Of a DNA stretch of 64,000 nt, positions 7,152-16,428 are shown one piece after another (within the stretch, counting starts at the first letter, position 1; the number at the start of each line of letters is the position of its first letter). This DNA is from a virus. The stretch lies in IMG/VR virus record IMGVR_UViG_3300025133_000028. The stretch is one strand, 5' to 3'. The notes beneath the pieces are model-generated. The model did not search any database. It saw only the letters and a list, made by a program, of their open reading frames with translations, and was not told the origin of the DNA. The position numbers and the translations under genes are program-made.

Positions 7152-7383
7152 GCCGGGGACAAAAAACCTTTGGGTAAATCCCAAAGGATAAAGGCAACAC
7201 ACCCTCGGATTGCTTAATCGCTCTTAGCAAATTAAATTACTTACTGACTATCTTGTCAGAATACTTGGGTTCGACTCCCACAATTTATAAATAGGCAAAT
7301 AACTATGGTACTTGAAGCTAAGATTTAAACGTGTTGTCTCAAAACCAACAAGACTCGTCTTTTAAAAGAGGCGAGTCTTTTCT
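7152..7383 (+). ncRNA. structured RNA / leader of unknown class upstream of nrdJ
   Basis: Hairpins CCTTTGGG/CCCAAAGG, TTGCT/AGCAA, CTGAC/GTCAG, T-loop TGGG-TTCGACT-CCCA; long-range AGGCAACAC/GTGTTGTCT; bounded by promoter and terminator. Confidence 0.55.
7350..7383 (+). terminator. intrinsic terminator
   Basis: AAGACTCGTCT/AGGCGAGTCTT stem followed by a T run. Confidence 0.75.
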
Positions 7384-7413
7384 TATTAATACCAACATTT
7401 TAGAGGATAATAA

Positions 7414-10400
7414 ATGCACACTTATGAAGAGGCGTATGAGACAAGTAAAGAATATTTTGGTGGTAATGAGTTAGCAGCTAAGGTTTTTGTAGATAAATAT
7501 TCGTTAAAAAATGAGATAGGTGAAATTCTTGAAAAAACACCTACAAGTATGCATAAAAGATTGGCTAAAGAATTTGCTCGAATAGAAAAAAAGAAATTCA
7601 AAACACCATTAACCAAAGAAGAAATATTTGACTTGTTTGATAATTTTAAATATATTGTTCCTCAAGGTAGTCCAATGAGTGGGATTGGCAATAACTATAA
7701 CTATCAATCATTAGGTAATTGTTTTACTTTAGGCAATCATCCTGTAGATTCATATGGCGGTATTTTATATGCTGACCAAATGTTAGTACAGTTAAGTAAA
7801 AGGCGATGCGGTGTTGGTGCTCATATAAACAATATTAGACCAAAAGGTTTGCCAACAAAAAATGCAGCTATTACTACAGATGGTATTTCTGTATTTATGG
7901 AGCGATTCTCTAACAGTATTCGCGAAGTCGCACAATCAGGCAGAAGAGGAGCACTTCTTTTAGGATTGTCTGCATACCATCCAGAGATAGAAACTTTTAT
8001 CAATATCAAAAAAGATAAGACAAAAGTTACAGGTGCTAATCTATCTGTGCTATTACCTAATAATTTTATACAAGCGGTGGAACAAGACGAAGAATACGAA
8101 CAAAAATGGCCAATTGATTCTGAGACTCCGTTAGTTTCTCAAATGGTTAACGCTAAAAAAATATGGAATCAAATCATTAATGCTGCTTGGGAATCTGCCG
8201 AACCAGGACTATTGTTTATTGACAACATACAAAAATATAGCACTTCACACTGTTATGGTAAGGTAGATGAAAGGTTTTTAGACCTAATCCCAAATCCGTG
8301 TTTTCCAGCAAGCGAATATTTACTAACAAATAAAGGATATGTATCTTTTGGACAATTGTTTAAACAAGGTAATAATAATAAGATATTAGCAGACGCTCGT
8401 ATATCTTATAATAATGTTGGAGAAGAACGTGTTGAAAATTGGAAAATAAACTCCCAAAAACACGGAACAATTCAAAGAAATGCTAGTCATGTATTTTTAA
8501 CACAAAAAAAAGCTGACACAATAGAAATAGAAACCAAAAAAGGATTTAAACTGTCGTGTACGCCAGACCATCATATTGCAACAACTACAGGTATGATTGA
8601 AGCAAGTCAATTAATTAAAAATGATGATATACTAATATCGATTCCTAATCAAAATACAAAATCAATTAAAAACAGATTACCAAAAACAGAAAAAGAAATA
8701 TTGTCATTTCTAATAGGTTTGATTTCTGGAGACGGATGTATTGATAATAGTAAAAAAAATATACATCTTGATTTTTGGGAAGATGATAGATATCGTATGA
8801 CAGACATAGTTGTAAAGCTTATTAAAAAACTTCACAATAAATTAGGAGACAGATATGGATTGTCTAACAGAAAATTAAAAATATCTAGAATTTATGATGT
8901 ACAAAAAGAAAGAAAAATAAGAATTTCATCTTCTTGGTTGTTTAATGTACTTTCAGAATATGGTTTTAATAAACAAACAAAACATATGGTTCCTGATTTT
9001 ATATTAAATAATTGTGTAGGTAATATAGGCAAATATTATTTGTCTGGTATGATGTATACAGATGGAACTATTGGAGGAAGTGTAAGTTCTGGATATTCGG
9101 TAAGATTAAATCAAAGTAATAAAAAAATGCTACATAAAATACAAATGATTTTTCATGCTAATGGTATTTTAATGGGTTTATACAAAAGAAGAGACGAACA
9201 AAACCGTATGATGCCGGACGGCAAAGGCGGATATAAATCATATAAAACAAAAACAAATTATGAATTAATTAGTATATGTGGTAGTATAGTTAAATATATG
9301 TCAGAAATAGGGTTTTTTGGAGACAAAAACAAAGAGTCTAAATTTAATAAAAATCATAATTATAGAATCAAATTAAATTACACAGATAAAATTAAAAAAA
9401 TAACATTTAAAAATCAAGAACCAGTATTTTGCATTAAAGAAGATATTGGAAGGAATATTATTGTTAATGGTATTTCTGCAAGAAGATGCGGCGAAGTACC
9501 AATGGGATTTGATGCATGTAGGCTAATGTTATTAAATCTGTTTTCTTATGTAGATAAACCTTTTACTAAATCCGCTAAGTTTGATTACAAAAAATTTGAT
9601 GAACATTGTATTACAGCACAAAGACTAATGGATGACATGGTAGATTTAGAATTAGAAAAAATGGATAAGATAATCAAAAAGATTAAATCTGACCCAGAAC
9701 CTGATAATATTAAACAATTAGAACTTGAAATGTGGGAGTCATATAAAGAAACTGCCGAACTAGGACGTAGAACTGGACTTGGTATTACTGGACTTGGCGA
9801 TTGTTTAGCTGCTTTAGGAATTCAATACGGTTCTAAAAAATCTATTAGAAAAACAGAAGAAATATACAAGAGAATGGCTATATCTTCTATGAAATCGTCA
9901 TGTCTACTAGCTAAAGAACTTGGTGCTTTTCCTTTGTTTAATCCCACCGTTGAACAAGATAACATTTTCATGAATCGTATTTTTGATGCGTCTGAAGAAG
10001 TTAAAATTTTACACCAACAGTATGGCAGACGTAATATTTCCTTGACAACCACCGCTCCTGCCGGTAGTGTTAGTATTATGACCCAAACGACTTCTGGTAT
10101 TGAACCTGCTTTTATGTTAGAATATACCCGAAGAAGAAAAATAAATAACGATTCTGAAAAATGTGATTTCGTGGATGCTTCTGGCGATAAGTGGGAACAT
10201 AACAAAGTAGTCCATCATCACTTGCAGACATGGCGGGATTTAAGTCAAAAAGACAATATTGAGGATTCTCCGTATCATAAGGCTACTTCAAACGACATTG
10301 ACTGGAAAGCTAGTGTAGAATTACAGTCTGTTGCTCAAAAGTGGATTACTCACTCTATTAGTAAAACATGTAATATTCCTAGCGATTCCACAAAAGAACT

Positions 10401-11010
10401 AGTTGCGGAAATTTACTTGGCTGCTGCTAAAAGTGGATGTAAAGGCTTTACTGTATATCGCGATGGTTGTAGAGACGGTGTTTTAGTTGCTGACACAGAA
10501 GTAAAGTTACCACCCAATAGGCCAAAAGAACTAGATTGTGATGTTTACCACACTACAGTTCGCGGACAAGAATATTTTGTGTTAGTTGGATTGTACAAAA
10601 ACAAACCATACGAAGTATTCGCTGGTAAGAATGGTATTATTCACAAAAAAGTTAAGACTGGCAAAATTACTAGGAAACGTAAAGATTTTTACAAAGCGGT
10701 GTTTGATGACGAAAATGAACTATCTCCAATTACGGCATGTATGGAAGAAATGGAAGAATGTATTTCCAGACTTACGTCTAGTCTTTTACGTAGTGGTTCA
10801 GATATGAACTTTATTGTAACACAACTAGAAAAGGTTGGTGAAAGACAAACAGAAATGCATACTTTTGCTAAGTGTCTTGCTCGCGTACTCAAAAAGTATA
10901 TTCCAGACGGGACAGAAACTGGAGATAAATGCCCAGAATGTGGTGATAAACTTATTAGGGAAAGTGGTTGCCAATCGTGTAAATCATGCCCTTATGCTAA
11001 ATGTGGTTAA
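7414..11010 (+). CDS. nrdJ: class II (B12-dependent) ribonucleotide reductase, intein-containing, with C-terminal TSCPD-like and Zn-ribbon region
   Basis: PQGSPM, SLGNCF, QSGRRGA, AEPGLLF, NP|CGE, RRTGLGITG, APAGSVS, TSGIEP, SISKTCN, KGFTVYRDG. Confidence 0.93.
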   Translation: MHTYEEAYETSKEYFGGNELAAKVFVDKYSLKNEIGEILEKTPTSMHKRLAKEFARIEKKKFKTPLTKEEIFDLFDNFKYIVPQGSPMSGIGNNYNYQSLGNCFTLGNHPVDSYGGILYADQMLVQLSKRRCGVGAHINNIRPKGLPTKNAAITTDGISVFMERFSNSIREVAQSGRRGALLLGLSAYHPEIETFINIKKDKTKVTGANLSVLLPNNFIQAVEQDEEYEQKWPIDSETPLVSQMVNAKKIWNQIINAAWESAEPGLLFIDNIQKYSTSHCYGKVDERFLDLIPNPCFPASEYLLTNKGYVSFGQLFKQGNNNKILADARISYNNVGEERVENWKINSQKHGTIQRNASHVFLTQKKADTIEIETKKGFKLSCTPDHHIATTTGMIEASQLIKNDDILISIPNQNTKSIKNRLPKTEKEILSFLIGLISGDGCIDNSKKNIHLDFWEDDRYRMTDIVVKLIKKLHNKLGDRYGLSNRKLKISRIYDVQKERKIRISSSWLFNVLSEYGFNKQTKHMVPDFILNNCVGNIGKYYLSGMMYTDGTIGGSVSSGYSVRLNQSNKKMLHKIQMIFHANGILMGLYKRRDEQNRMMPDGKGGYKSYKTKTNYELISICGSIVKYMSEIGFFGDKNKESKFNKNHNYRIKLNYTDKIKKITFKNQEPVFCIKEDIGRNIIVNGISARRCGEVPMGFDACRLMLLNLFSYVDKPFTKSAKFDYKKFDEHCITAQRLMDDMVDLELEKMDKIIKKIKSDPEPDNIKQLELEMWESYKETAELGRRTGLGITGLGDCLAALGIQYGSKKSIRKTEEIYKRMAISSMKSSCLLAKELGAFPLFNPTVEQDNIFMNRIFDASEEVKILHQQYGRRNISLTTTAPAGSVSIMTQTTSGIEPAFMLEYTRRRKINNDSEKCDFVDASGDKWEHNKVVHHHLQTWRDLSQKDNIEDSPYHKATSNDIDWKASVELQSVAQKWITHSISKTCNIPSDSTKELVAEIYLAAAKSGCKGFTVYRDGCRDGVLVADTEVKLPPNRPKELDCDVYHTTVRGQEYFVLVGLYKNKPYEVFAGKNGIIHKKVKTGKITRKRKDFYKAVFDDENELSPITACMEEMEECISRLTSSLLRSGSDMNFIVTQLEKVGERQTEMHTFAKCLARVLKKYIPDGTETGDKCPECGDKLIRESGCQSCKSCPYAKCG
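8299..9486 (+). mobile_element. intein (396 aa) with LAGLIDADG homing endonuclease, inserted at the RNR catalytic Cys
   Basis: Interrupts NP/CGE; starts CFPASE; block B CTPDH; LIGLISGDG and LSGMMYTDG; ends VNGISARR|C; more AT-rich than flanks. Confidence 0.9.
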
Positions 11011-11021
11011 AGGAAAATATT

Positions 11022-11579
11022 ATGGATATTGCTTGTAGCGAAACTTACAACTTCGATGATGTGTATTTAGCTCCACCAATAGATTTAACTAGACAACATC
11101 ATATACACAGCATAGAAGTTAGTAAGGATTTAGGAAGAGAAGAAATCAACGAACTAGGTAGAAGAGGACCATATTTTAAATATGTAAATTTTCCAATTGG
11201 AATTACAAAGGAGTTAGGACTTGTGGCAATAGTACCAGACGTATCGAAATTTGGCGGATTTGATTTATACCAACATTTAGCTTCTGAAACTGCAATTTAT
11301 CCAGAAGAACAACGCATTACTTACCCCGCTTTGGGATTGTGTGGTGAATCTGGAGAAGTTGCTGAGAAAGTTAAAAAACTATTTCGGGATGATAATGGCG
11401 AATTATCAGAAGAAAGACGAGAAGCACTTAAAAAAGAAATTGGTGATTGTTTCTGGTATTTAGCTGCTCTTGCTAAGGATTTAGACATTAGTTTGGCTGA
11501 TGCTGCTCATGCCAATCTGGTTAAACTATTTGACCGCAGAGACAGAGGAGTACTCAAAGGCGACGGCGATAATCGTTAA
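11022..11579 (+). CDS. MazG-like NTP pyrophosphohydrolase with unrelated N-terminal extension
   Basis: YPALGLCGESGEVAEKVKK...EIGDCFWYLA...GDGDNR; second in-frame RBS+GTG at 11223. Confidence 0.85.
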   Translation: MDIACSETYNFDDVYLAPPIDLTRQHHIHSIEVSKDLGREEINELGRRGPYFKYVNFPIGITKELGLVAIVPDVSKFGGFDLYQHLASETAIYPEEQRITYPALGLCGESGEVAEKVKKLFRDDNGELSEERREALKKEIGDCFWYLAALAKDLDISLADAAHANLVKLFDRRDRGVLKGDGDNR

Positions 11580-11595
11580 AATTTGATTTTTTTGT

Positions 11596-11623
11596 TTGAC
11601 AAAAGCCAGTAAAGAGGTATATT
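11596..11623 (+). promoter_or_regulatory. sigma70-type promoter
   Basis: TTGACA-N16-TATATT in intergenic position. Confidence 0.6.
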
Positions 11624-11682
11624 TTCCTAGAAGACGTTGTTTTCCCGCTTGGGAAATTGTATTAAAACAAGAAAGTATTATC

Positions 11683-12258
11683 ATGAAAAATCATTCAGTA
11701 CTAGTATTAAACTCGAATTGGCAACCTTTTGATATCTGGGGATGGCAAAGAGCTATGGTCAAATTACTTAAGGGGAATGTGTACATGGCGGAAAAATATG
11801 ATTGGACCATTAGGGATGGTAAAGGTCAAGAATACGATGTTCCTTGTGTGTTGGTTTTAAAGAAGTATATTAATGCTCATAATAAACCAGCACCTTACGG
11901 CAAAAGAAACATTGCTGCTCGTGATGGATATACGTGTCAATACTGCGGAGAAATGTTTCCTAGTAGAGAATTAACTATCGACCACGTTATTCCTAGGTCT
12001 AAGTGGAAAAAGCTTGGAAGTGGAGGAAGTCCAAATAAGATGACTAATGCTGTTGCTAGTTGTGAAACCTGCAATAGAAAAAAGGGAGATAGGACTCCGA
12101 AAGAAGCAAATATGATGCTTTTAAGTGAGCCTAAGAATATACTTCAGAGTAAAGCTTTTGTTTTAAAGTTCATTCATACTAAGATTCCACAAGAATGGCT
12201 AGACTACATTACAATTGAAGGTAAAAAACATATAGATGGCAAGAAAAAGAAAGCGTAA
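11683..12258 (+). CDS. HNH endonuclease (McrA-like)
   Basis: VLVLNSNWQP, RDGYTCQYCG, TIDHVIPRS, CETCNRKKGDRTP. Confidence 0.9.
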   Translation: MKNHSVLVLNSNWQPFDIWGWQRAMVKLLKGNVYMAEKYDWTIRDGKGQEYDVPCVLVLKKYINAHNKPAPYGKRNIAARDGYTCQYCGEMFPSRELTIDHVIPRSKWKKLGSGGSPNKMTNAVASCETCNRKKGDRTPKEANMMLLSEPKNILQSKAFVLKFIHTKIPQEWLDYITIEGKKHIDGKKKKA

Positions 12259-12931
12259 GAATCAAGTTACACAACAAAGAAAAGACCAAGATTTTAAAGC
12301 AAAAACAAGTGGTCAAACAGAATACGTTAGAGCTATCGCAGAAAACAGATTGGTAATATGCACTGGTCCTCCAGGCACAGGTAAAACTAGCTGTGCTATT
12401 GGAGTCGCTTGCGAAAGATTAAAAGCCAATCAAATTAAGCGTATCGTTATTTCTAGACCAACTGTTGAAACTTCTAAAAGGGGTTTGGGTTTTATACCTG
12501 GAAAACTAGAAGAAAAATTCAGTGCTTATACTAGACCAGTAATAGCCGAACTTAAGAAGTATCTAGGTATAACCAAATACAATTCTCATTGTTATGCTGG
12601 TTCTATTATTTTTGAGCCACTAGAATATATGAGAGGAATGAACTATCATGACTCTTTTGTTATTCTGGACGAAGGTCAAAACGCGGAATATGAACAGCTT
12701 AAAATGTTCGTGACTCGTATGGGTCAAAACTCAACCTTTGTTATAAACGGAGACCTTAAACAAAACGACTTATGGGATAGAAACGACAAGCTATTCCACG
12801 ACGAAATTGGTCTTTATGATGTGATTACTAAATTGGAAAACATTAATGGCGTATCTCATGTTAAGTTACAAAACTCTGATATTGTCAGAGACCCATTTAT
12901 TGGGGTTTTAGCTCAAGCGTTAGATGAATAA
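12236..12931 (+). CDS. phoH: PhoH family ATPase
   Basis: GPPGTGKT, ISRPTVE, LGFIPG, LEYMRG, ILDEGQN, NGDLKQ, DIVRDP. Confidence 0.93.
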   Translation: MARKRKRKNQVTQQRKDQDFKAKTSGQTEYVRAIAENRLVICTGPPGTGKTSCAIGVACERLKANQIKRIVISRPTVETSKRGLGFIPGKLEEKFSAYTRPVIAELKKYLGITKYNSHCYAGSIIFEPLEYMRGMNYHDSFVILDEGQNAEYEQLKMFVTRMGQNSTFVINGDLKQNDLWDRNDKLFHDEIGLYDVITKLENINGVSHVKLQNSDIVRDPFIGVLAQALDE

Positions 12932-13021
12932 AAACTTTGCAAAAAGTTGGAATTTTTCTGAGAATAAAAAGAAAAATGGCGTATACAAGGGATAGACGAA
13001 GGAAATAACGTACTTATTTTA

Positions 13022-13056
13022 AAGATTCCTTCATGTGTTTGAGGGAGTCTTTTTTT
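13022..13056 (+). terminator. intrinsic terminator (possible attenuator)
   Basis: AAGATTCCTTCA-TGTGTT-TGAGGGAGTCTT followed by a T run. Confidence 0.75.
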
Positions 13057-13075
13057 ATTAAATGGAGAAAATTAA

Positions 13076-13324
13076 ATGATTGAAGCAGGATTTGTATTAT
13101 TTATGGAAAATCATTTTGGTCGTAAACCCAATATGTCAGAGGGTAAAGACCGAGATTTATACTCAGCGTGGAAACACGGCAGAGACCACGAAGACGTAGT
13201 GTTCGAGAAAGTTACAGAAACTGATGACAAATGGGCAAAATCCAAAAGCCTTGGAGCATACGAAGTGGACATGGACAGCATGTTAAAAGACACCAAAAAT
13301 TTACGAAGTGATTTTCAAAAATAA
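13076..13324 (+). CDS. hypothetical protein
   Basis: GGAG RBS. Confidence 0.7.
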   Translation: MIEAGFVLFMENHFGRKPNMSEGKDRDLYSAWKHGRDHEDVVFEKVTETDDKWAKSKSLGAYEVDMDSMLKDTKNLRSDFQK

Positions 13325-13341
13325 CTTAAAGGAAAAATAAC

Positions 13342-13770
13342 ATTAAGACAATAATAGCTGGCGACCGTAATTTAAAAGAATACCAACACATAGTGGATGC
13401 TGTTAATATTTCCAAGTTTGAGATTACGGAAATAGTATCTGGAAAAGCCAGAGGGGCAGACGAACTTGGTGAACAGTGGGCCACAGAGAATGGTGTGCCA
13501 ATTAAACCGTTTGCTGCTAACTGGAATAATCTTACTCAGCCAGGAGCAGTAATTAAAATCAACAAGTGGGATAAAAAATACAACGCAAATGCCGGATTTT
13601 ATCGAAACCAAAAAATGGCTGAGTATGCTGATGCTTTGATTGCAATTCAAGTTGATGGTGATACTCCTGGTACTGGTGATATGATTAAAAGAGCTAAAGC
13701 AGAAGGATTGTCGGTCTTTGTGTATGAAGGGCCAGAAGAAAAAGACAAAGTATTTGCTTTTAGTTTTTAA
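13342..13770 (+). CDS. SLOG-superfamily (DUF2493/YspA-like) protein, predicted ATT start
   Basis: (M)KTIIAGDR...IVSGKARGAD...AGFYRNQKMAEYADALIA...GT.DMI. Confidence 0.8.
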   Translation: MKTIIAGDRNLKEYQHIVDAVNISKFEITEIVSGKARGADELGEQWATENGVPIKPFAANWNNLTQPGAVIKINKWDKKYNANAGFYRNQKMAEYADALIAIQVDGDTPGTGDMIKRAKAEGLSVFVYEGPEEKDKVFAFSF

Positions 13771-13781
13771 GGAGAATAACA

Positions 13782-14213
13782 ATTCCTACATACATTTTAG
13801 AATGCGGTGAATGCAATATATACTGGGAAAGAAAAATGCCCATGGCAGATACGGAAAAAATTGGCAAATACATTCCGTGTCCTAAATGTAAAAAGAAAAA
13901 GTCAGTTAGTCAAGACTTTTCTGAATCTGGCCAACATATCCAAGTCTCTAGGGACGCTTCTACAGTTGGTGAAATCGCGGAAAGAAATACCAAAAACATG
14001 GGCACATACGAACTAGAAGATAAACGTAAAGCTTATTTTGACAGTAAGAAGAAAGCCAAACGAACCATGTTAACGGAAAATGGTATAATTAAACCGGGAG
14101 ACCCTTTACCAGAAGACAGTAAACCATGGTATGGAAAAATGGACAAGGAAACTAAAAAACAAATTGAAACAAATCCAGCCAGAGCGGAAAAATATATTAT
14201 GGAGGGGAAATAA
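13782..14213 (+). CDS. FmdB-like zinc-ribbon protein, predicted ATT start
   Basis: (M)PTYILECGEC...CPKC after AAGGAG. Confidence 0.75.
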   Translation: MPTYILECGECNIYWERKMPMADTEKIGKYIPCPKCKKKKSVSQDFSESGQHIQVSRDASTVGEIAERNTKNMGTYELEDKRKAYFDSKKKAKRTMLTENGIIKPGDPLPEDSKPWYGKMDKETKKQIETNPARAEKYIMEGK

Positions 14214-14425
14214 TGTCAGCGAAAAGTCCACATAAAGCGATACTAAATGTTAATGTCAAAGTTTACGAAGTTAGACCTGACGGTACATGTGGTCAAGAAA
14301 TATCTAGAGAAGACATGGACAATGTAAATGTCAAACCTGATTTTCTTCTTAATGTAGATGGATTTGATAGGTTTGATTGTTTAAAAAGGCTTAAAAAAGA
14401 AATTGAGGAGTTTGGCAATGGGTAA
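14213..14425 (+). CDS. hypothetical protein
   Basis: GGAGG RBS; coupled to upstream gene. Confidence 0.65.
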   Translation: MSAKSPHKAILNVNVKVYEVRPDGTCGQEISREDMDNVNVKPDFLLNVDGFDRFDCLKRLKKEIEEFGNG

Positions 14426-14828
14426 ATTTCAACCAAGAGAAACGACAGACGAAGACATCAGACTTAAAGTTTCAGAATTTGCTGAGACAGACGACCCGAA
14501 AGACCACGAAGAAGATATTGTTGTGCGTGCTAAATACGGGTATGAAGACCTAGACGAACATACTATGATATGTGCTAATTGCGAAAAAAAACTAGCTGTT
14601 ATTAAAAAAGTCGCAAAAGAGTCTATGGTTAATATTTTTAAAGCAGAGTGTCCATTTTGTAATGATAGTTCTTTTAAATATAAAGTCACCGGCAAAACAT
14701 ACGTTGGTGGTACTGACATTACGTCTTTGAAAGATATTCAAATGACCAACAGTTATGTTGATAATGATGTTCTTATAATGGAAGCTACTATTACGCTCTG
14801 TATACATGAGGATAAATATAGTGAGTAG
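14418..14828 (+). CDS. hypothetical zinc-binding protein
   Basis: CANC...CPFC; GAGGAG RBS. Confidence 0.65.
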   Translation: MGKFQPRETTDEDIRLKVSEFAETDDPKDHEEDIVVRAKYGYEDLDEHTMICANCEKKLAVIKKVAKESMVNIFKAECPFCNDSSFKYKVTGKTYVGGTDITSLKDIQMTNSYVDNDVLIMEATITLCIHEDKYSE

Positions 14829-15186
14829 AGACGAAAAAGACATTAGTCATATAGATTTACCAGATGTTAATCAGTATCTGGCTGTGTTTACGTTAAAAGA
14901 CGGTACGGAATTGTCACAAACATATGACGAACAAACAAAACCCAAAGAACCAGTATATGCGTGTGCAAAAACTGTGACCAACTTGACAAAAAACACTGTT
15001 TCGTTTTTTGTTAGGTCAGACGGCGGTAGTTTATACAATCCAAGGTTGTCTTCTTTTAGTTACGAAAAAAGAAAAAACTGGCAATGGAAAAAACTACACA
15101 AACAAGAAGGCACTTTTAATTTTTATGTTAAATTTTTACAAACAAATAGAGAAACAGACCTAAGATATGCAGAAAGGTCTCTCTAA
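14806..15186 (+). CDS. hypothetical protein
   Basis: ORF in co-oriented run; true start may be GTG 14821. Confidence 0.65.
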   Translation: MRINIVSRDEKDISHIDLPDVNQYLAVFTLKDGTELSQTYDEQTKPKEPVYACAKTVTNLTKNTVSFFVRSDGGSLYNPRLSSFSYEKRKNWQWKKLHKQEGTFNFYVKFLQTNRETDLRYAERSL

Positions 15187-15196
15187 GGAGAATATT

Positions 15197-15574
15197 ATGG
15201 CTAAAAAAGGCAGACTATCAGACGTAGAAAAATTCTATATCGAAAACAATCTTCAGCTTAGTGATGAAAAGCTTGGAGAAATATTAGACAGAACACCAAA
15301 CACTGTTAAGAAGGTTAGAGATATGACTCCAGAAGTAGAGCCAAAACCAGAAGTAGAAAAAGCAGAATTGGCTGAATCTGAAAAAACGGTTATTACTAAA
15401 CAAGAAGCATTGAGTAAAGGATATAATGTTAGTGACCTTATGGGACGTAAACGCGAAGCAACCGTTATGACCCCAGCAGCAAGCGAAATGGCTGATGATG
15501 CAAATGCTCTTAATCGCTCACAAAGTAAAAACCATCGTTTCGCATCAAATATTCACAATCCCAAAGGAGGCTAA
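15197..15574 (+). CDS. hypothetical protein, possible N-terminal HTH
   Basis: AAGGAG RBS; LSDEKLGEILDRTPNTV. Confidence 0.65.
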   Translation: MAKKGRLSDVEKFYIENNLQLSDEKLGEILDRTPNTVKKVRDMTPEVEPKPEVEKAELAESEKTVITKQEALSKGYNVSDLMGRKREATVMTPAASEMADDANALNRSQSKNHRFASNIHNPKGG

Positions 15575-15575
15575 T

Positions 15576-16010
15576 ATGGACAGTAGAATCTGTACTGAAC
15601 CAGACCAATATGTTAACGACAGATTTGAAGGACATACTCATTGGATTATTGAATTAAGTAATGGTCAAACTGTTTATCAAGACGAAGACAGGCCAGACCA
15701 CGACCCTAGTGCTTGGGTTAGGTTAAAAAACCATTGTCAAGAAAACAATATTCATATTGTTAAAATGTACTTACGCTTTCGTTCTCATAAAGAATTCTTA
15801 CCAGATAATGCACAGGGATATTTTTTCGTCAAAGTAGCTCGCGGTAACTGGGGAAGTACAAAAACTTTACACAAGTACATTGTTGGTCATATTGATGATG
15901 ATGGAATATTACATACTACTAAGTATAGAATTCCAGAACTACTACCAGAAAACCATGAAAGACGTAAATGGAAACCAGAAGACTTATCAGTGATTGTTAA
16001 GAAAGGATAA
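15576..16010 (+). CDS. hypothetical protein
   Basis: AGGAGG RBS before ATG 15576. Confidence 0.7.
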   Translation: MDSRICTEPDQYVNDRFEGHTHWIIELSNGQTVYQDEDRPDHDPSAWVRLKNHCQENNIHIVKMYLRFRSHKEFLPDNAQGYFFVKVARGNWGSTKTLHKYIVGHIDDDGILHTTKYRIPELLPENHERRKWKPEDLSVIVKKG

Positions 16011-16013
16011 TAT

Positions 16014-16427
16014 ATGACCAATTATCATTCAAGAAATACCAAAGAACCATGTAGTGCTGCGCATCTATTAACAGAAATAATGTGCGAAAGAAAGTCTAAG
16101 AAAGACAATATGGTTTTAGGACATAAATTTTGGAACAAAGAAGAATGGAAACTCTTTTACCGAAGAACCATAATTGCAGCAAACAAAACGTTTAAATTGT
16201 ATAGCTCAGAAGTTGTTTTCAGAGTTCTTAAGCATAAAAAACATCAGTGGCAATATTCATTGCATGAAAAAACACTAAACGAAGCTTTAAGAATTGAACA
16301 ACGTAATTTTGACAAAGAACAGCAAAGTTTAAAAAAGGCCAAAACAATTGATATTCAACCAACTGTAATCGATGTTAAAAAGAATACAGATGGTAGTAAG
16401 AACAAATTTAATAAACTCAGGGATTAA
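16014..16427 (+). CDS. hypothetical protein
   Basis: RBS; co-oriented. Confidence 0.7.
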   Translation: MTNYHSRNTKEPCSAAHLLTEIMCERKSKKDNMVLGHKFWNKEEWKLFYRRTIIAANKTFKLYSSEVVFRVLKHKKHQWQYSLHEKTLNEALRIEQRNFDKEQQSLKKAKTIDIQPTVIDVKKNTDGSKNKFNKLRD

Positions 16428-16428
16428 A

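Noticed and set aside
7152-7340. tmRNA or cobalamin riboswitch call
   Set aside because: T arm is not followed by an acceptor strand/CCA, the tag frame stops early (ANNYGT*), and no B12-box is recognisable
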